From positions 7,812,001 through 7,876,000 of the forward strand of contig CM022674.1 of assembly GCA_012295275.1 (NCBI GenBank): 64,000 bases of DNA. The letters run 5' to 3'. The notes under the pieces are model-generated. The model searched no databases, was not told the origin of the DNA, and saw nothing but the letters and a program-made list of their open reading frames with translations. This stretch comes from Chrysomallon squamiferum. Taxonomy: Eukaryota; Animalia; Mollusca. Each line of letters begins with the position of its first letter. The first letter of the stretch is position 1. The position numbers and the translations under genes are program-made. Below are positions 51,109 to 64,000 of the stretch, in pieces.

Positions 51109-54100
51109 GCTAATAAAAAAGTTCAGTTTTCCTTTCAGATAATAATAATAATTAAAAACAGTCATATACTGGCTGCTGAAAATAATTTTGACTAAAATTC
51201 TTGGAAAAAACCCAGATGTTTTTCATTATCATAAAATTCCATTTAATACTTTTCACCCAACTTAGCTTTGTTTCATGAACATTAAAATGATACCAAACCA
51301 AGTGAATGTCTATTATTAAGGCAGCAAACGTCATTGCAGATGTTGTGATGGCGGTGTTTTTCATGTCATGTGAAAATCTTGTTTATGAGACACTCATAGC
51401 CATGATTTGAGCTTTAGAACTTGATTTAATTTCTGCCCTGAATCATAGGTGTGATGTATTTATCAGATCTTTGCACTGGTTTTCTCAACATCCCAATTTC
51501 AATGGCAGAAAAAACACATTTCAGCTTTGATGTCTATATTTCATTAAAAACAAACCATATAGCTTTTTTTTCCTTTCTTTTTTCTTTTTTTTTTAAATTA
51601 AAAAGAGTAAGCTATTTTCCTTCTAATTTGCATATACATAATTTTGGACCTCATTTTATATATATCTTTTGAATGCAGTTCAAAATTACAGGAAATAAAT
51701 ATATGCAAATTGTAAAAAAAAAAAATAAAAAGTAAATGAATAAATAAATAAATAAAAAATAAATAAATAGAAATTTGTCTCTCTTTTTGTGAGTTTCCAT
51801 GTAGATTAGATAAAAAGTGGAATGTTTCTGGTCATCTGATTTTAACACATAAATGTCTGTGTGCAGCTTTCATTTGTTTAATAATGAACCATGAGCTGAC
51901 ATTTAAAGATTCCCAAATGGGGTGGAGATCTGACAGACAGACAAATATGTTCATGTATGTTCATGTATGTTTATTTTCTTGTGATTATGATATTTTTTTG
52001 AATCCATAATTGAATAACAACTCCTGTTTAAACCGGTCACAAACCTCTTGTATAACTGATGATTTGAAAAGAAGAAGAAAAATCCTCCCAGAGGCTACTT
52101 TATCAGTTAGCAGTAAATCAGTGATACAGACCTTCCCATGAACAGAAGAAAACAAATTAGACATTTAAAAAAAAAAAAATCTTTTTTCAAGATTGATAAG
52201 TTAGCTATGATAAAAGTTTAATTGTTATAATCACTTGATTTGTCTATAATAATAATAACATTAATAATAACAATAATAATAATAATAATAATAATAACAG
52301 TAATAATAACACTTATATAATAATAATAATAATAAAAGTAATAACACTAATAAAATAATTTTAAAAAAACATGATATTACATAAAAAAAACATGAACATA
52401 ATCATAACAGCAAAAAAAAAAAAAAAAAATAAAAATAAATTATTATTTTTTAAAACTGAAAGATATTTTAAGAAAACTGAGTCTAATGCAATAGTACTAA
52501 AATAATGATTTTTATCAGTTTCATTTTACGATGTCCTTATTTTAATATTTATGACTAAATCAGATTTGTCTGGTTCACAGTATGTTAAAAATAAAAATGA
52601 AATTTACTTTTTATAGACAATATTTAATACTGTGTTGATGCCAGAGATAGCTTCTGTTTTGCAAATTTATAATAATTTTCTGAATCAATATAGTTTTATG
52701 AGCTTGTAAAATGTCAACAGTTTGATATCTGTGTTTGTTTATTGCTCTGTTTTCTTTCTGATACATACAAAGATTAAAATTGTTATCTTCTATTTTTTAA
52801 AATTTAAAGATAGTGAATTTAATCATAATAAAATTTGTTTGTGATGTATGTTTTTAAGACCAAGTGTCCAACATCTAAATGAACTTATAAATAAATAAAA
52901 ATAGATTTATGATTTGTAGGTTGTCCATAAAATTATTTAGTATTTAATTTTAAAATTCTTCATTAGTTGTTAAGTGTTTTATATGTAATGCCTAAATTAA
53001 ATAAAAAATAAATAAATAAAAATAATTAATTAAAAACAAATTTAGGAACAATAATATATACACATTTGTTAAGATATATAAATGATTTAATATTAAATTA
53101 TGAATTATCTTGTATTTATGCAGAACATTTTTTTTTGTTCTCTTTCCAAACTGTTTTATTTATTTATTTAGTAGGCAGGTAGGTATTTTTAATAACATAT
53201 TATAATTATTCATTGAATGAAGTTTTCTCTAAAGTAAAATTAACAATAAGTCTAAAGTGTTTCTGAAGACTGACTGTCAAAATAAATATTATGTTAAGAC
53301 TTTTATCAAATTATAACTGTAAAGAATTGTAAAGGAGATATTGTCTTTGTGTGCACTAGTTCTCTAAATTAACTTTTAATTATTAAATTATGAGTTCATA
53401 TAAAGAAGATATTGCTTTATAGTTAACTGGCTGACAAAATAAATATTTAAAATGTAAATCTGTTAAAACACGAACATTATTTACTGAACAAAAGTTTACT
53501 GATTACAAACATTTATCTAACACTAGTATTTAGCACAGACAGAAATTATAAATTCAGCCATTTTGGTTTCTAGTTTTCCAATTCAGTGAGACCTTTTACT
53601 ACTCCTGGAATAAAGAGTTTGTGTGCACATTCACCTTGTAATCCCTTCTAATGAATAAATGAATAAATATTCGGCAGTATGCTGTCATGTATTGCAGAGA
53701 TTACTGCAGTGGGAAATTATGATTGCTATCTTAGAAAAAGAAAGAATGAAGAAAATCCACTTTCAAGCTTTCTATTTAATTTCTAATACTTTTTAAAATA
53801 ATTTATTGAAAAAATAAATTGATAGTAATATGCAATTAAATTTTTTTTAAATTATTTGTCTGTGGGATTTGTTTGTTTTTTTAAAGAATTTTTTAATTTT
53901 ATAATTATTATTACTACTACTACTACAACCATTATTATTATTATCTTTTTTATTTATTTATTTTTAATTTTATTATTTTTATTGTTTGTTTCAGTATTTC
54001 TAGACCTTTCCTTTTTCTTCCAATTTTGTCAAGAAACATGAAATAATTATTTTAAAAAAAAATCATTTCAAATCTATGATAAGAATTATAAACTAAACTG

Positions 54101-56048
54101 ATTTTTAAAAAACAACAATAAAAAATATATTTTAAAATTACTCATTAAAAATATTTAATATGCCAAATAAAATGAACATTATAATACATTATCAGGAGAT
54201 AGTATTGAAAACAAAAATAAAGACATTCTTAATCTAATGGCATTTAGTTAAACAATAATATATCAATAATTCAGAATGAGTACATCAGTCAGAAGAAAGA
54301 TATCTTTCATATCTACCTGCCATTAGACAGGAAGATAAACATACAACATTGATATACTGTTCAACATTGATATACTAGTCACTGAGCTACCATCTGAAAC
54401 ACATGATAATTTATTTAGTTATATTTAATACACATTGTACATAAAGGTGTAACAAATGTGGTTGTGTAGAATAACAACATGATGCCATTAAAAAGTGTAT
54501 CTTGTGTGGTAGAAGAGTTTAACATTTTGAGGTCATAGAAAATATAAGCAGTATTAAAGCTGGATGATATCAAAATTATACAAAGTTATTTTTTATATTT
54601 TTCTAAAATTAAATAGTACAGTTTATATGGTTATATTTCATAACTTTGTGTAGTATGATTCTGTTATGAGATTGTCTTATGTGGTTTTGTGTAATTTAAA
54701 AGGATAACTTAAGTGCTATGTTTTCTCACTGCCTGGTAGCTGGTGTGTGACAACAACATGCATGTATTTAATGATGAGCAAGTTGTAAAAGTCTCATTAA
54801 AAATACATTATTTATCATCACACTGTGGCAGGCAGCTGGAAGTGTTGTTTTATCTTGTATCTGCCTCATAAAAAAAAAAGTCATGCTTACTATAGTAAAA
54901 TCAGTCAGTGGTCCAGTTTTTGAATGTGGGTGGTGGGTGTGGTTGTGTGAGGGTGTGAGTTTGAGTGTGTGTGTATAGGGGAGTGTATCTAAGGGTGCCT
55001 TTGTATGAATGGGTACATATTTATGTGTGAGTGTATGTGTATGGGGGGGTGGAAATGTTTTCTGTGGATGTGTGAGTATGTAGATTAATAGATTATTTAT
55101 TTGTTGTTTCTGCTTAGTCTAAATCCAAAGTTGCCTTGACATGGCAATGTTTCTTGTACATATATTTTTCATATCATGTGTGATGCCAATACAGTGAATA
55201 TTTTTATTGTAATATTTTTACCTTGGCTTTTTACTTAATAATGTAGCATCTACACTAGAATGACCTAAGAAAGTCAAACTTGTTCAACAGATGAAAGATG
55301 TATTAAAATAACTTTAGTTTGTTTGTGAATATAGGTTATTCATATTACTAAACTACTAACCACTGAATTTCTGTAATATTTCTGTGTTGTAAGTTGCTGG
55401 GTTCTGTACCAGTTCAATATAGGATCATGTCTTCTGAACCAGACAACCTAAGTTAGACAGTTCAGTCACATTTGTAAACTTTGATAGGATTGCTGAATAA
55501 TGTCTTTTATACTTCCTCCCTTGAGAACAGAGCACCATCAAGACAAGAGGAGGTAATCTGTTTTATGTTGAATGTTGTGCAGCCAGGGATCCATAGTAAA
55601 GTCTTTAAGCTAACTAAAGCTGTCAGCAGTCAGCCGGTGACTTCAGCAAATTGCTTTTGTTTTATTTCATAGCAGAGGCAAATGTTTGCATCACTTAATT
55701 TGTCATTGAAACTCATTTTCACACAAGTAAATGTTCCTTGAAGATCTTCTGGCTGTTATAGAATTACTTCCCCTGCTGTTACTTTTTCACAACTTTTCGT
55801 GCTGAAGATTTTCACTTCCTGTTATCTACTTTATTACTACATGCCTTGATCTAATGTTTTCAGTGTCTGTTTAGAACAGTAAAATAAATTGTTTCACAAT
55901 GAATAAAAGTAAATCTACATTTAAAGATATTGAAAGAAAATTTAAAAGCCTTATATCAGGCATTTAATGAAAAAAAAGCCCATACAAATTTAGTCGAAAA
56001 ACAATTTTGATTTTTTGTTACTCTCAGTAGTCAGAAATACAAATACAT

Positions 56049-56153
<105 letters not shown>

Positions 56154-57174
56154 ATGGTGCTCTTTTTTTTTTATTTATGTTGTTGTATCTCTGAATCTTA
56201 TATTGTCTAGATCTTTCTCACTCTCTCTTTCCACTGTATTCTCTCACTCTAATTGATTCAATCTTTCCTTTCTGTATGTTACCAGTGATTTAATATGGCA
56301 GCATTTTGATATTTGATTCCTCAAACACCAAATATTTTTAATGCACAACTAAAAAATGTTTTGTTCTTTTTACTTAATTTTATTTCATGTAAAATGTTAA
56401 ATTGCTTGAATTTAATTTATTAGCAGTACTTAGCAGAGCATTTTGAGAGATTTTTAAGTATTAAAAAAAATGACAAAACAAAAAATTAGACAAATAAATA
56501 ATAAAGAAAAAATGGAAAGTAAAAAGCATGGATTTTAAAAAAAAAAAGAAAATTGAAAAAAGCTATTTAGAATGTTCTAGTCTAGGTCTGAATTTTTCAG
56601 CTAACTCTATCATTTCCTTATGCTTGAAGTGATGATCACTAAATTAAAGAGACAGTGTGACTAGACTAATAAGACATGGTGACACATCTGATGAGACAGT
56701 GAGACACATTTTAAGCCTCTTTGATGTATGTTCTGTTTCCGATGGTGACAGATGACTTTTTTTCTGTAACTTTACCCATTTGTTACATTTTCTGCTCTCA
56801 TCAACGTGACCTAGTTAAAGTGTTAAGTAGATCTTCACTAAAATTGCATGAAAATCATTTTAGCTTGCCACTCCGGGGAACACATGCAGAGAACTCACAG
56901 AAGTGAACATCTTGTTTTATAACTGTAGACACAGCTAGCAGAGTGAATAATATCAAAGCTGTTTTCTTTCTGCTTAGCTGTCTTCTGTGATTACAGAAAA
57001 TGAATTTTTTTTTTTGGTATACTCTTATTCTGTCTATTTCTTACATTTATTTTCATCTTTTCTCTCTCTCTCTGTGTCTTTCATTCTCTCCTCTCATTCT
57101 CTCTCTCTATCTCTATCTATATCTCTATCTCTATCTCTCACTCTCTCTATCTCCCACTCTCTCTATCTCCCCTT

Positions 57175-57229
<55 letters not shown>

Positions 57230-57888
57230 CCTCTTGCTTTTCCCATCTTTCTCATTTTCTTTCTTACTCTCACTCATTCTCTCTCTGTCTCTCTTTCTCT
57301 TTCAGTATCTCATCCTCTCTCTCTCATTCTTTCTCTCATTAGCTTTCTTTTTATATATATCACTTTCTTTTACTGTCTTTGGCATGTTTCTTCTTCTTTT
57401 CTTCTCTCTCTCACTATCAGTATCTGTCTTGTCTCAGTTACTGACTGCCTGCCTCTTTCATTCACCTCCTGTCTCTTTTTCATTCATATTTACTCCGATT
57501 CATTCACATTCTCAAATATTTCTATTGTTAAATTTTGTTGGAAATTTTGAGTACTCAGCAATTTCCTGCTGGTTTTTATATTTTATGACACGTATTCAGT
57601 AACCTGACAATAATCATATTAGTTATACATTAGTAATGTTATTAAACTTCGTTACCCAGTTGAGAATCTTTCTTTGATTAATCAAGTGATAATAAATTTG
57701 TACTATTAATCACATAAAAGATTTGTAATCACCATTATTATTTATTATTAATTTAATACATTTATAATAATGATTAATTTTACATTTCTACTATTAATTA
57801 ATGCTATCGTGAAAAGTAGGCCTATAAAAATATCTTTACATGATGTCAGCTATTCTTTTACATGTTCCTACTATATATGTGTACATGT

Positions 57889-57932
<44 letters not shown>

Positions 57933-58034
57933 AAAAACACATCTTTTTTTCTTTTTATTACTGGTACAAAACAAAAAATAACTATAAAATACTAAATAAG
58001 AAAAAAGAATAAAGTATTATTTATAAATTGGCTG

Positions 58035-58185
58035 TTAAAAAAAAAAGTATCTAACACAAACCAATTATTTACTCAGGAACAATGTGCTGTTTAAAATTCT
58101 TCTATGTTAACAAAAAAAGTATCTAACAGAAACCAATTATTTACTCAGGAACAATGTGCTGTTTAAAATTCTTCTATGTTAAAAA
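58035..58185. repeat. Tandem duplication of an ~71-bp unit
   Basis: AAGTATCTAACA.AAACCAATTATTTACTCAGGAACAATGTGCTGTTTAAAATTCTTCTATGTTAA occurs twice. Confidence 0.9.
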
Positions 58186-61100
58186 AAATAAAAAAATAAA
58201 AATAAAGAACAAAAAAATAAAAAAGAGTGTCTAACATGAGCCAGTGACATTTCAAATAGTCTTGCACAGTTTTCTTATAAGGTATCAATTATGCTGTCCG
58301 ATCACTTACAAGGACTGCAGTTATCCTCAGGACAATGCTGATTTCTACTTGAGCCAGTGTCTGTGACAGTGCCTGTGAGATACGTGTTGTTACTCACCAG
58401 ACACTGTGGTATATAGGTAATTACGTTACCAGCCTTTCACTGTGTCAACTTGTCAGTGGTGAAGGGAACTCACATCGTCTCCGTTAATGCAAAATTAATT
58501 GGAAGTTAACTTTTAGGTTTGCTGTTAATCTGATTTTATACAGATTTATGTTTGGTCTAGGAAATGCTTGTGGACAATAGAACGACCACCAGTCAACAGG
58601 TCATCAGCCAGACATTTTTTTTCAGGCAAAATTGATTCAAGATGTTTTATTGAAACTGAAGATTTTGTTTTATTTGTCTGTCTGTCTGTTTTCCTGCTTG
58701 CTGATTTGTATCAAGTTGTCATCCATCAGTCTGACTGTCAGTACATCTGTTCTGTTTCCTCTCTCTGTGTATTTTGATGTCTATACTGATGTCAAAGGTA
58801 CAGATATTATTCAAAAATATATTTAAATGATTTTTTTTGCAAATAGCAAACAGTGTAACTTGTTTTCAGACAAGTATGTTTTTCATTTTTGTATGAACAC
58901 ATACACACCATTATTGAAACATTTCAAGTTGAACGTTTTCACACACAGTTCTTCTTTTCACTTGTTCCTTTCTTTTAAAACCACAATACTTTTACATATC
59001 TTACTGGGCAAAATATTTTTCTCAGAGTTTAGAACTTAAGAAATTTAAAACCATATCATCACAGAGAGAAAAATACCAGAGTTAGATGTAACATTTTAGT
59101 CTGAGTTTTATTCAATGGACAGTTTAGAATACTGACATTTAAAACCAATTGATGATACAAATAGGTGAAAAACACCTGAATTAGACAATGAAACGGCTGT
59201 AAATTGTGTAATGCACCTGAGCTAGGTTATTGCTTCTGTGTTTGTTACCTTTATTTGAGTCATGATCGATGTTTGAGTGTTTTCAGCTAAAATCTTTTTC
59301 AGCTGCTTTTATTTCAAGGCCTCAGAGAACACAGGTTTCATTATCCCAGTTTATGATCACCATAATAAAACAAGATGAAAAGGAAATAGAAATTCTCCAT
59401 TAATCAATGTTCATGTGCTGGTCTTGGATTTATCACCGATAATTACAGACTTTTAAAGTCATTAATGTTTAAGAACATACAGGCTTTTTTTTTTTTTTCA
59501 AATTGTATTTTTTTTTTATTTCTTCTTTTTTTTTCATGTAATTTAAATGCACATAATTTTGTTTTATCGTTTCAAAACATACAATTATCTACAAAACATG
59601 AATTTTTTTTGTTTTCAAAATGTGATTTTGTAATGACCGTGTCACAAACACCTGATATTTCAATTTATCATTTCAAAACTTTATATTTTTAAGTTCTTAA
59701 TGTTTCAAAAAAGTTTTTTTATATTTTTAATTTTTAAAATTTTTAATTAAGTTCACTGAGTGTGATAAGCTTTATAAGCAATTAACAAATCGTTGGAGTA
59801 GTCACAGTACAAGAGATAATAAAGTGTGGAATAAACGTTCATACCTAGGATTTCTCAAGGATGTGGTGGAATGGAAATTGAATTAAGTATTTATAACTTC
59901 CCACACATGCTGCATTTTCAAAACTCTTTTCTTTTCTTGAAAAAAGTTCATTGATTTTTGTTTTACTATTCATTTTAAATTCTACAAAAGTAAAATTTAT
60001 TGACAGAAGTTTTAAATATTTGACAAGGTAGCCATTGAATTGGTTAATCTCAATTTGAATACATATAAAATATCATTTAGTTAGTAATAAAAATATATAA
60101 AATACCATTGTGAAGATTTTCAATAAATTACTGAACACATATTGAATAAATAAAATATGAACACCCACAGAGTGTAATAATGAAAGATTAAAAAAGAAAA
60201 ATGAAAATGGGTATTAAAAGCAGAAGAAAAAATGATAGAAGATTTAAAAAACAAAATTAAATTAATCAGCTATCAAATGAAAAAAAATAATTAGTTAATA
60301 AATATTAATAAATTAGGACAGATTTTATGCATTAATAATAATTAATTATGAAAAATGATTTTGATAAGATAATAAAATTATAACAAAGGAAAGTTGTGAT
60401 AAACACACTCCAGAAAACTGTTTTCAAATTTATACTCACAATGAAAATATCACAGTCTTTTTTACATGATTTTGGAGACTCAGGCTGGAATGGAAAAATC
60501 AAGTCGGACAGCCAAATCCAAATAGAACTATAAACTATCTTTCCTAAAGAAAATGCACGACGTGATTCTGTAATTTGAAAAGTAAATTTATGAAATGGAG
60601 GCAGTGGTTTTCCTCTCTCATTTATTATTTCATCCATCCATCCATCCATGCATCCATCCATGAATCTGTCTGTCAGTTTGTTCATCATTCTCTTTTTCCA
60701 CAACTTTAGATCTCATCTTGCATCTGCTGTGAGGTCTAAAAATAATTTGTACTCAGTGCAGGAGAATGCAGCATGTAACATGGTTTTTAAAATTCCATTC
60801 ACAAATAGCTGCCAATCTTGCAATCCATCAGTTTTAGAACCACTTAATTACCCAGAACAAAATTCATTTTCAAACCTCTGACTGGATGCATAACAGCTTC
60901 ATTAACCCTTTTGCACATGATACAGATGATGTCTTCATACTATCTATCACTTGTGTGATTTTTTGCAGGAGTAAAAGGGTTAAGGCTAATCATATTAATT
61001 ATATGTGTTTTGTATCCATTATCCATTTCTAGTTATAAAGTGTAAAGTTTAAACCTGAGCAGAGTTTTCAGTGTACATTAGGAAAAACTAGCTTTTGATA

Positions 61101-62005
61101 TTATCTGTCTGGTATGAGCTTTATAGAATGAAAAGAGTTAAATCTAATTCCATATTTTCATCCTATCAGCAGTTTGATTTATAGGAGTTAAAAGGGGTTA
61201 AATCTAATTTTGTTAATTTGTTAATATCGAATCAGTAGGAAATACAGAACAAGGTAGAAAGTTTAAAGATGGTTTATATCTTAAAAGTGTAATTTTCTAA
61301 TTTAAATGTACTATATTCCCTTTACTTGCAAACTCTAGATGTGTCTATGAATCTTTCATTTCTGCAACAAGCTCAGAATTTTTTTTGTGTTTTTCTTTTT
61401 TTTTTCCTGTTTCTTATTTGGCTGATTTTGTTGATGCTAGTAAAATGTTCAGACAAAGCTCACACTTGAATGCATGTTTGATTGATTGTTTTCCCATCTA
61501 ACAGACGCTGTAATTCTGATCTTTTTACTGTTCCCAGCATCTCAAGTCAAAACTCAGCCAATGATGGATACATTTCAGATTTCAGTATTTTTTATTTTCT
61601 TTTTTTTTTTCATATCTGTATATCGTCCTTACCTTGTCTTTTTTAAAAAAGTAAAATATATATATATATATATATATACAACTTCATTTCTTCATTTTTA
61701 ATTCTTTCAAAAATTTCTCTTTTCTTTTCCTTTCTTACCTTTTTTTTTATCTGTTTTATTATTATTTTTTTTTTCAAATTTCATTTCATTTATTTTTTTT
61801 TTAATTCAATTTTCATAAAAACTTTTAAATGCTGTTTTGGTGTTAACTTTATGAGATTCTGAAATGACAATGTTTTTAGTCAAGCCTTTGTCAGCTTGCA
61901 ATATGTATGCCTTAGGTCACCAAGTTCTATACTGTCTTCATATATATACTCACACACACACACACACACACATGCATGCACATATACATACATACACACA
62001 CACAT

Positions 62006-62040
<35 letters not shown>

Positions 62041-62516
62041 GTAAAATAAGAAGAGAAACATTTTTTAGAAATAAAATGTTTGTTTTTCAAGTGTTTTTTC
62101 TTATTAAAAACAAATAATGACAAATGTGAATTCTCTTACTATTATGTTTAAGAAGACAATAAGGAAATTGTATTTACCTTGGTAATGTAGAAGGTATGTT
62201 AGAAATGTCTTAGTAATTTATGATTTCAGTTGTAATAAAATTAAAATTAAACTTTTTCTCCAGATATGTTTTATTAGTTTTAAAAATGTCAGAAAGTTCT
62301 TCCTTCAACATCATTGAAAAAAATCCCAGTCTTAAGAAAATGGAGATTTCAGTTATTCAAATATATACTTATATATAAACAACAAACACGTACAGATACA
62401 CACACAGACAAATACCCAGATATAACACAAGGACCCAGGCAGAATTACAACAGACATCATAGTACAAAATGTACATACAAGTGGAGACTGTGATGTTTTA
62501 TAGCTAGGGGAAATAC

Positions 62517-62562
<46 letters not shown>

Positions 62563-64000
62563 AGGAAAAGAAAATGTCTGTGACTTTTATGCACAGTTCT
62601 GCATGTATCATCATCTAGATTTCTATTTCAGTATCTACATCTTATGTGATATGAACAAATATGTTATCATACTTGTGTAATTCAATAGATTTGCTCCTTC
62701 TGCATACTTACAACTCATACTGTGCCTGACTTAATAACATAATATTTTTCAAATATGAAATGAAGCTGTTTTTTTTTTAACTGGTTTGAAATGTTGCAAA
62801 GGAGCATAGATGTGTAATAATATCAGAAAACCAGACATATATATAAAAAAAGTTTATTAAGAGATATTCTTGTCATTCATATAACATTTCTACTCTCTTA
62901 AATGTTCTTAATTTAGTTTTGGGCAGCATATTTGCAGTATGAAGATGTGTCAGTATATTTTAAAAATCAGGATAAGGCTTTAGGAAGCGGAGGTATAGTT
63001 ATGTGTGTTGTAATGCCTAATTAGAACTCCAGTGTGAGATAAATCTCGTATCTGAGGATCATTAGTAGTTAATACCATATCTCATGGGTGAAGTTACTGA
63101 TACTTTTATCTCTGATTAGCCAGGATCTTCATTTTCATTGCAGTTGTAAACACTGTTCAAGAATGGATATAGTATAAAAAATGTCTGCTAATATATCTAT
63201 CTTTTTTCTTTTGTTGCATCATTTTCTTTTCCTTCTTTTCCTGTTGTTTTAGTTTTTCTTTATTATTATTTTTTTTTTCCCTTAATGTACTATTTTTTTC
63301 ATTAATTTAGTTTTTCTTCTTTCACTTTTTATATTTCATCTTTCATCTTTTTCCACCTTCAATTATATTTTATTATTTTCATTTTTCGTTTTTGCATTCT
63401 AATGATCAGATTTTCTATAATGTTTTTTAAATTTCTATTTTTTAAATTTTATTTTCTTTTTCTTTTTTCTTTTTTTTTTCCTTTAACTTTTCCTATTATC
63501 TTTAATTCTAATATTTTTTTATAATAAAAGTTTTTTCTTTCATTTGTACTTGCCATCACTTTTTTAATGGTTTGTGATTTTGCAAGGATTTCACGTACCT
63601 TTTATAATTTAAATTTTTTTATTTTCTCTTCCGTTATATTTTTCATTCCAGCTGAGGTGTGTCTTTCCTGCTTAAAACAAAATTTGTCAATAATTTCCCT
63701 TCAATAATTTCCCCTCCATTTAGAGGCGTCTGAAGATAAATTTATAAAACTGTCTGACGAATAATGCCATATTAAAAACAAGTTTGTAATCACATTGATC
63801 CATCTAAAATCTTTTTTGGAATTTCATTACACTAACATCTTTATATTTTGATTTTCTGAATTCAGTTGAAATCTCTGTGTTTCATCTTGACACATCTGAG
63901 ACACTTCAAACAAATTATCTAATTTACAATCAGCCTTTTATGGAAATGTTTGAGTATTCTGTTTTGTTTAGCTCTTCCATGTTTTTCATATTTGAATCAG

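Noticed and set aside
56987-57602. 187 and 200 aa Ser/Leu-rich ORFs
   Set aside because: Translation of CT-rich microsatellite sequence.
63640-63710. Strong acceptor TTTCATTCCAG| at 63651 as the next agrin exon
   Set aside because: The phase-1 frame reads AEVCLSCLKQNLSIISLQ then stops, with no follistatin/Kazal cysteine pattern or convincing donor.

Overview
This is AT-rich, CpG-depleted, microsatellite-rich eukaryotic (animal) DNA. It looks invertebrate, plausibly lophotrochozoan/molluscan, but that is an inference from composition only. Two spliced genes lie head-to-head across a ~3 kb CpG-retaining promoter region (about 6.5-9.5 kb). (1) The + strand carries the 5' end of an agrin gene. 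Exon 9491-9944 encodes a signal peptide plus the complete laminin-binding NtA domain. A ~40 kb intron follows, then a 36-nt Pro-rich linker microexon (50272-50307). No follistatin/Kazal exon was found, so the gene continues beyond the window. Inside the large intron is a candidate alternative first coding exon (45616-45817). It encodes a basic cytoplasmic tail plus a 21-residue hydrophobic signal-anchor, ends in a phase-1 donor compatible with the microexon, and has its own CCAAT-box/CpG-rich promoter. This is the same layout that produces vertebrate transmembrane (SN/TM) agrin and is the most interesting signal here. (2) The - strand carries a multi-exon gene (ATG at 6520, running off the left edge). 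It encodes a signal peptide, at least two internally similar beta-rich (Ig-like) repeats, and what looks like the start of a Venus-flytrap ligand-binding domain. An inverted, exon-like VFT fragment sits in one of its introns. The remainder is intronic: a Tc1/mariner relic, several minisatellites, microsatellites and decayed dispersed repeats. All exon structures were derived by hand from splice signals and phase; no database searches were run.
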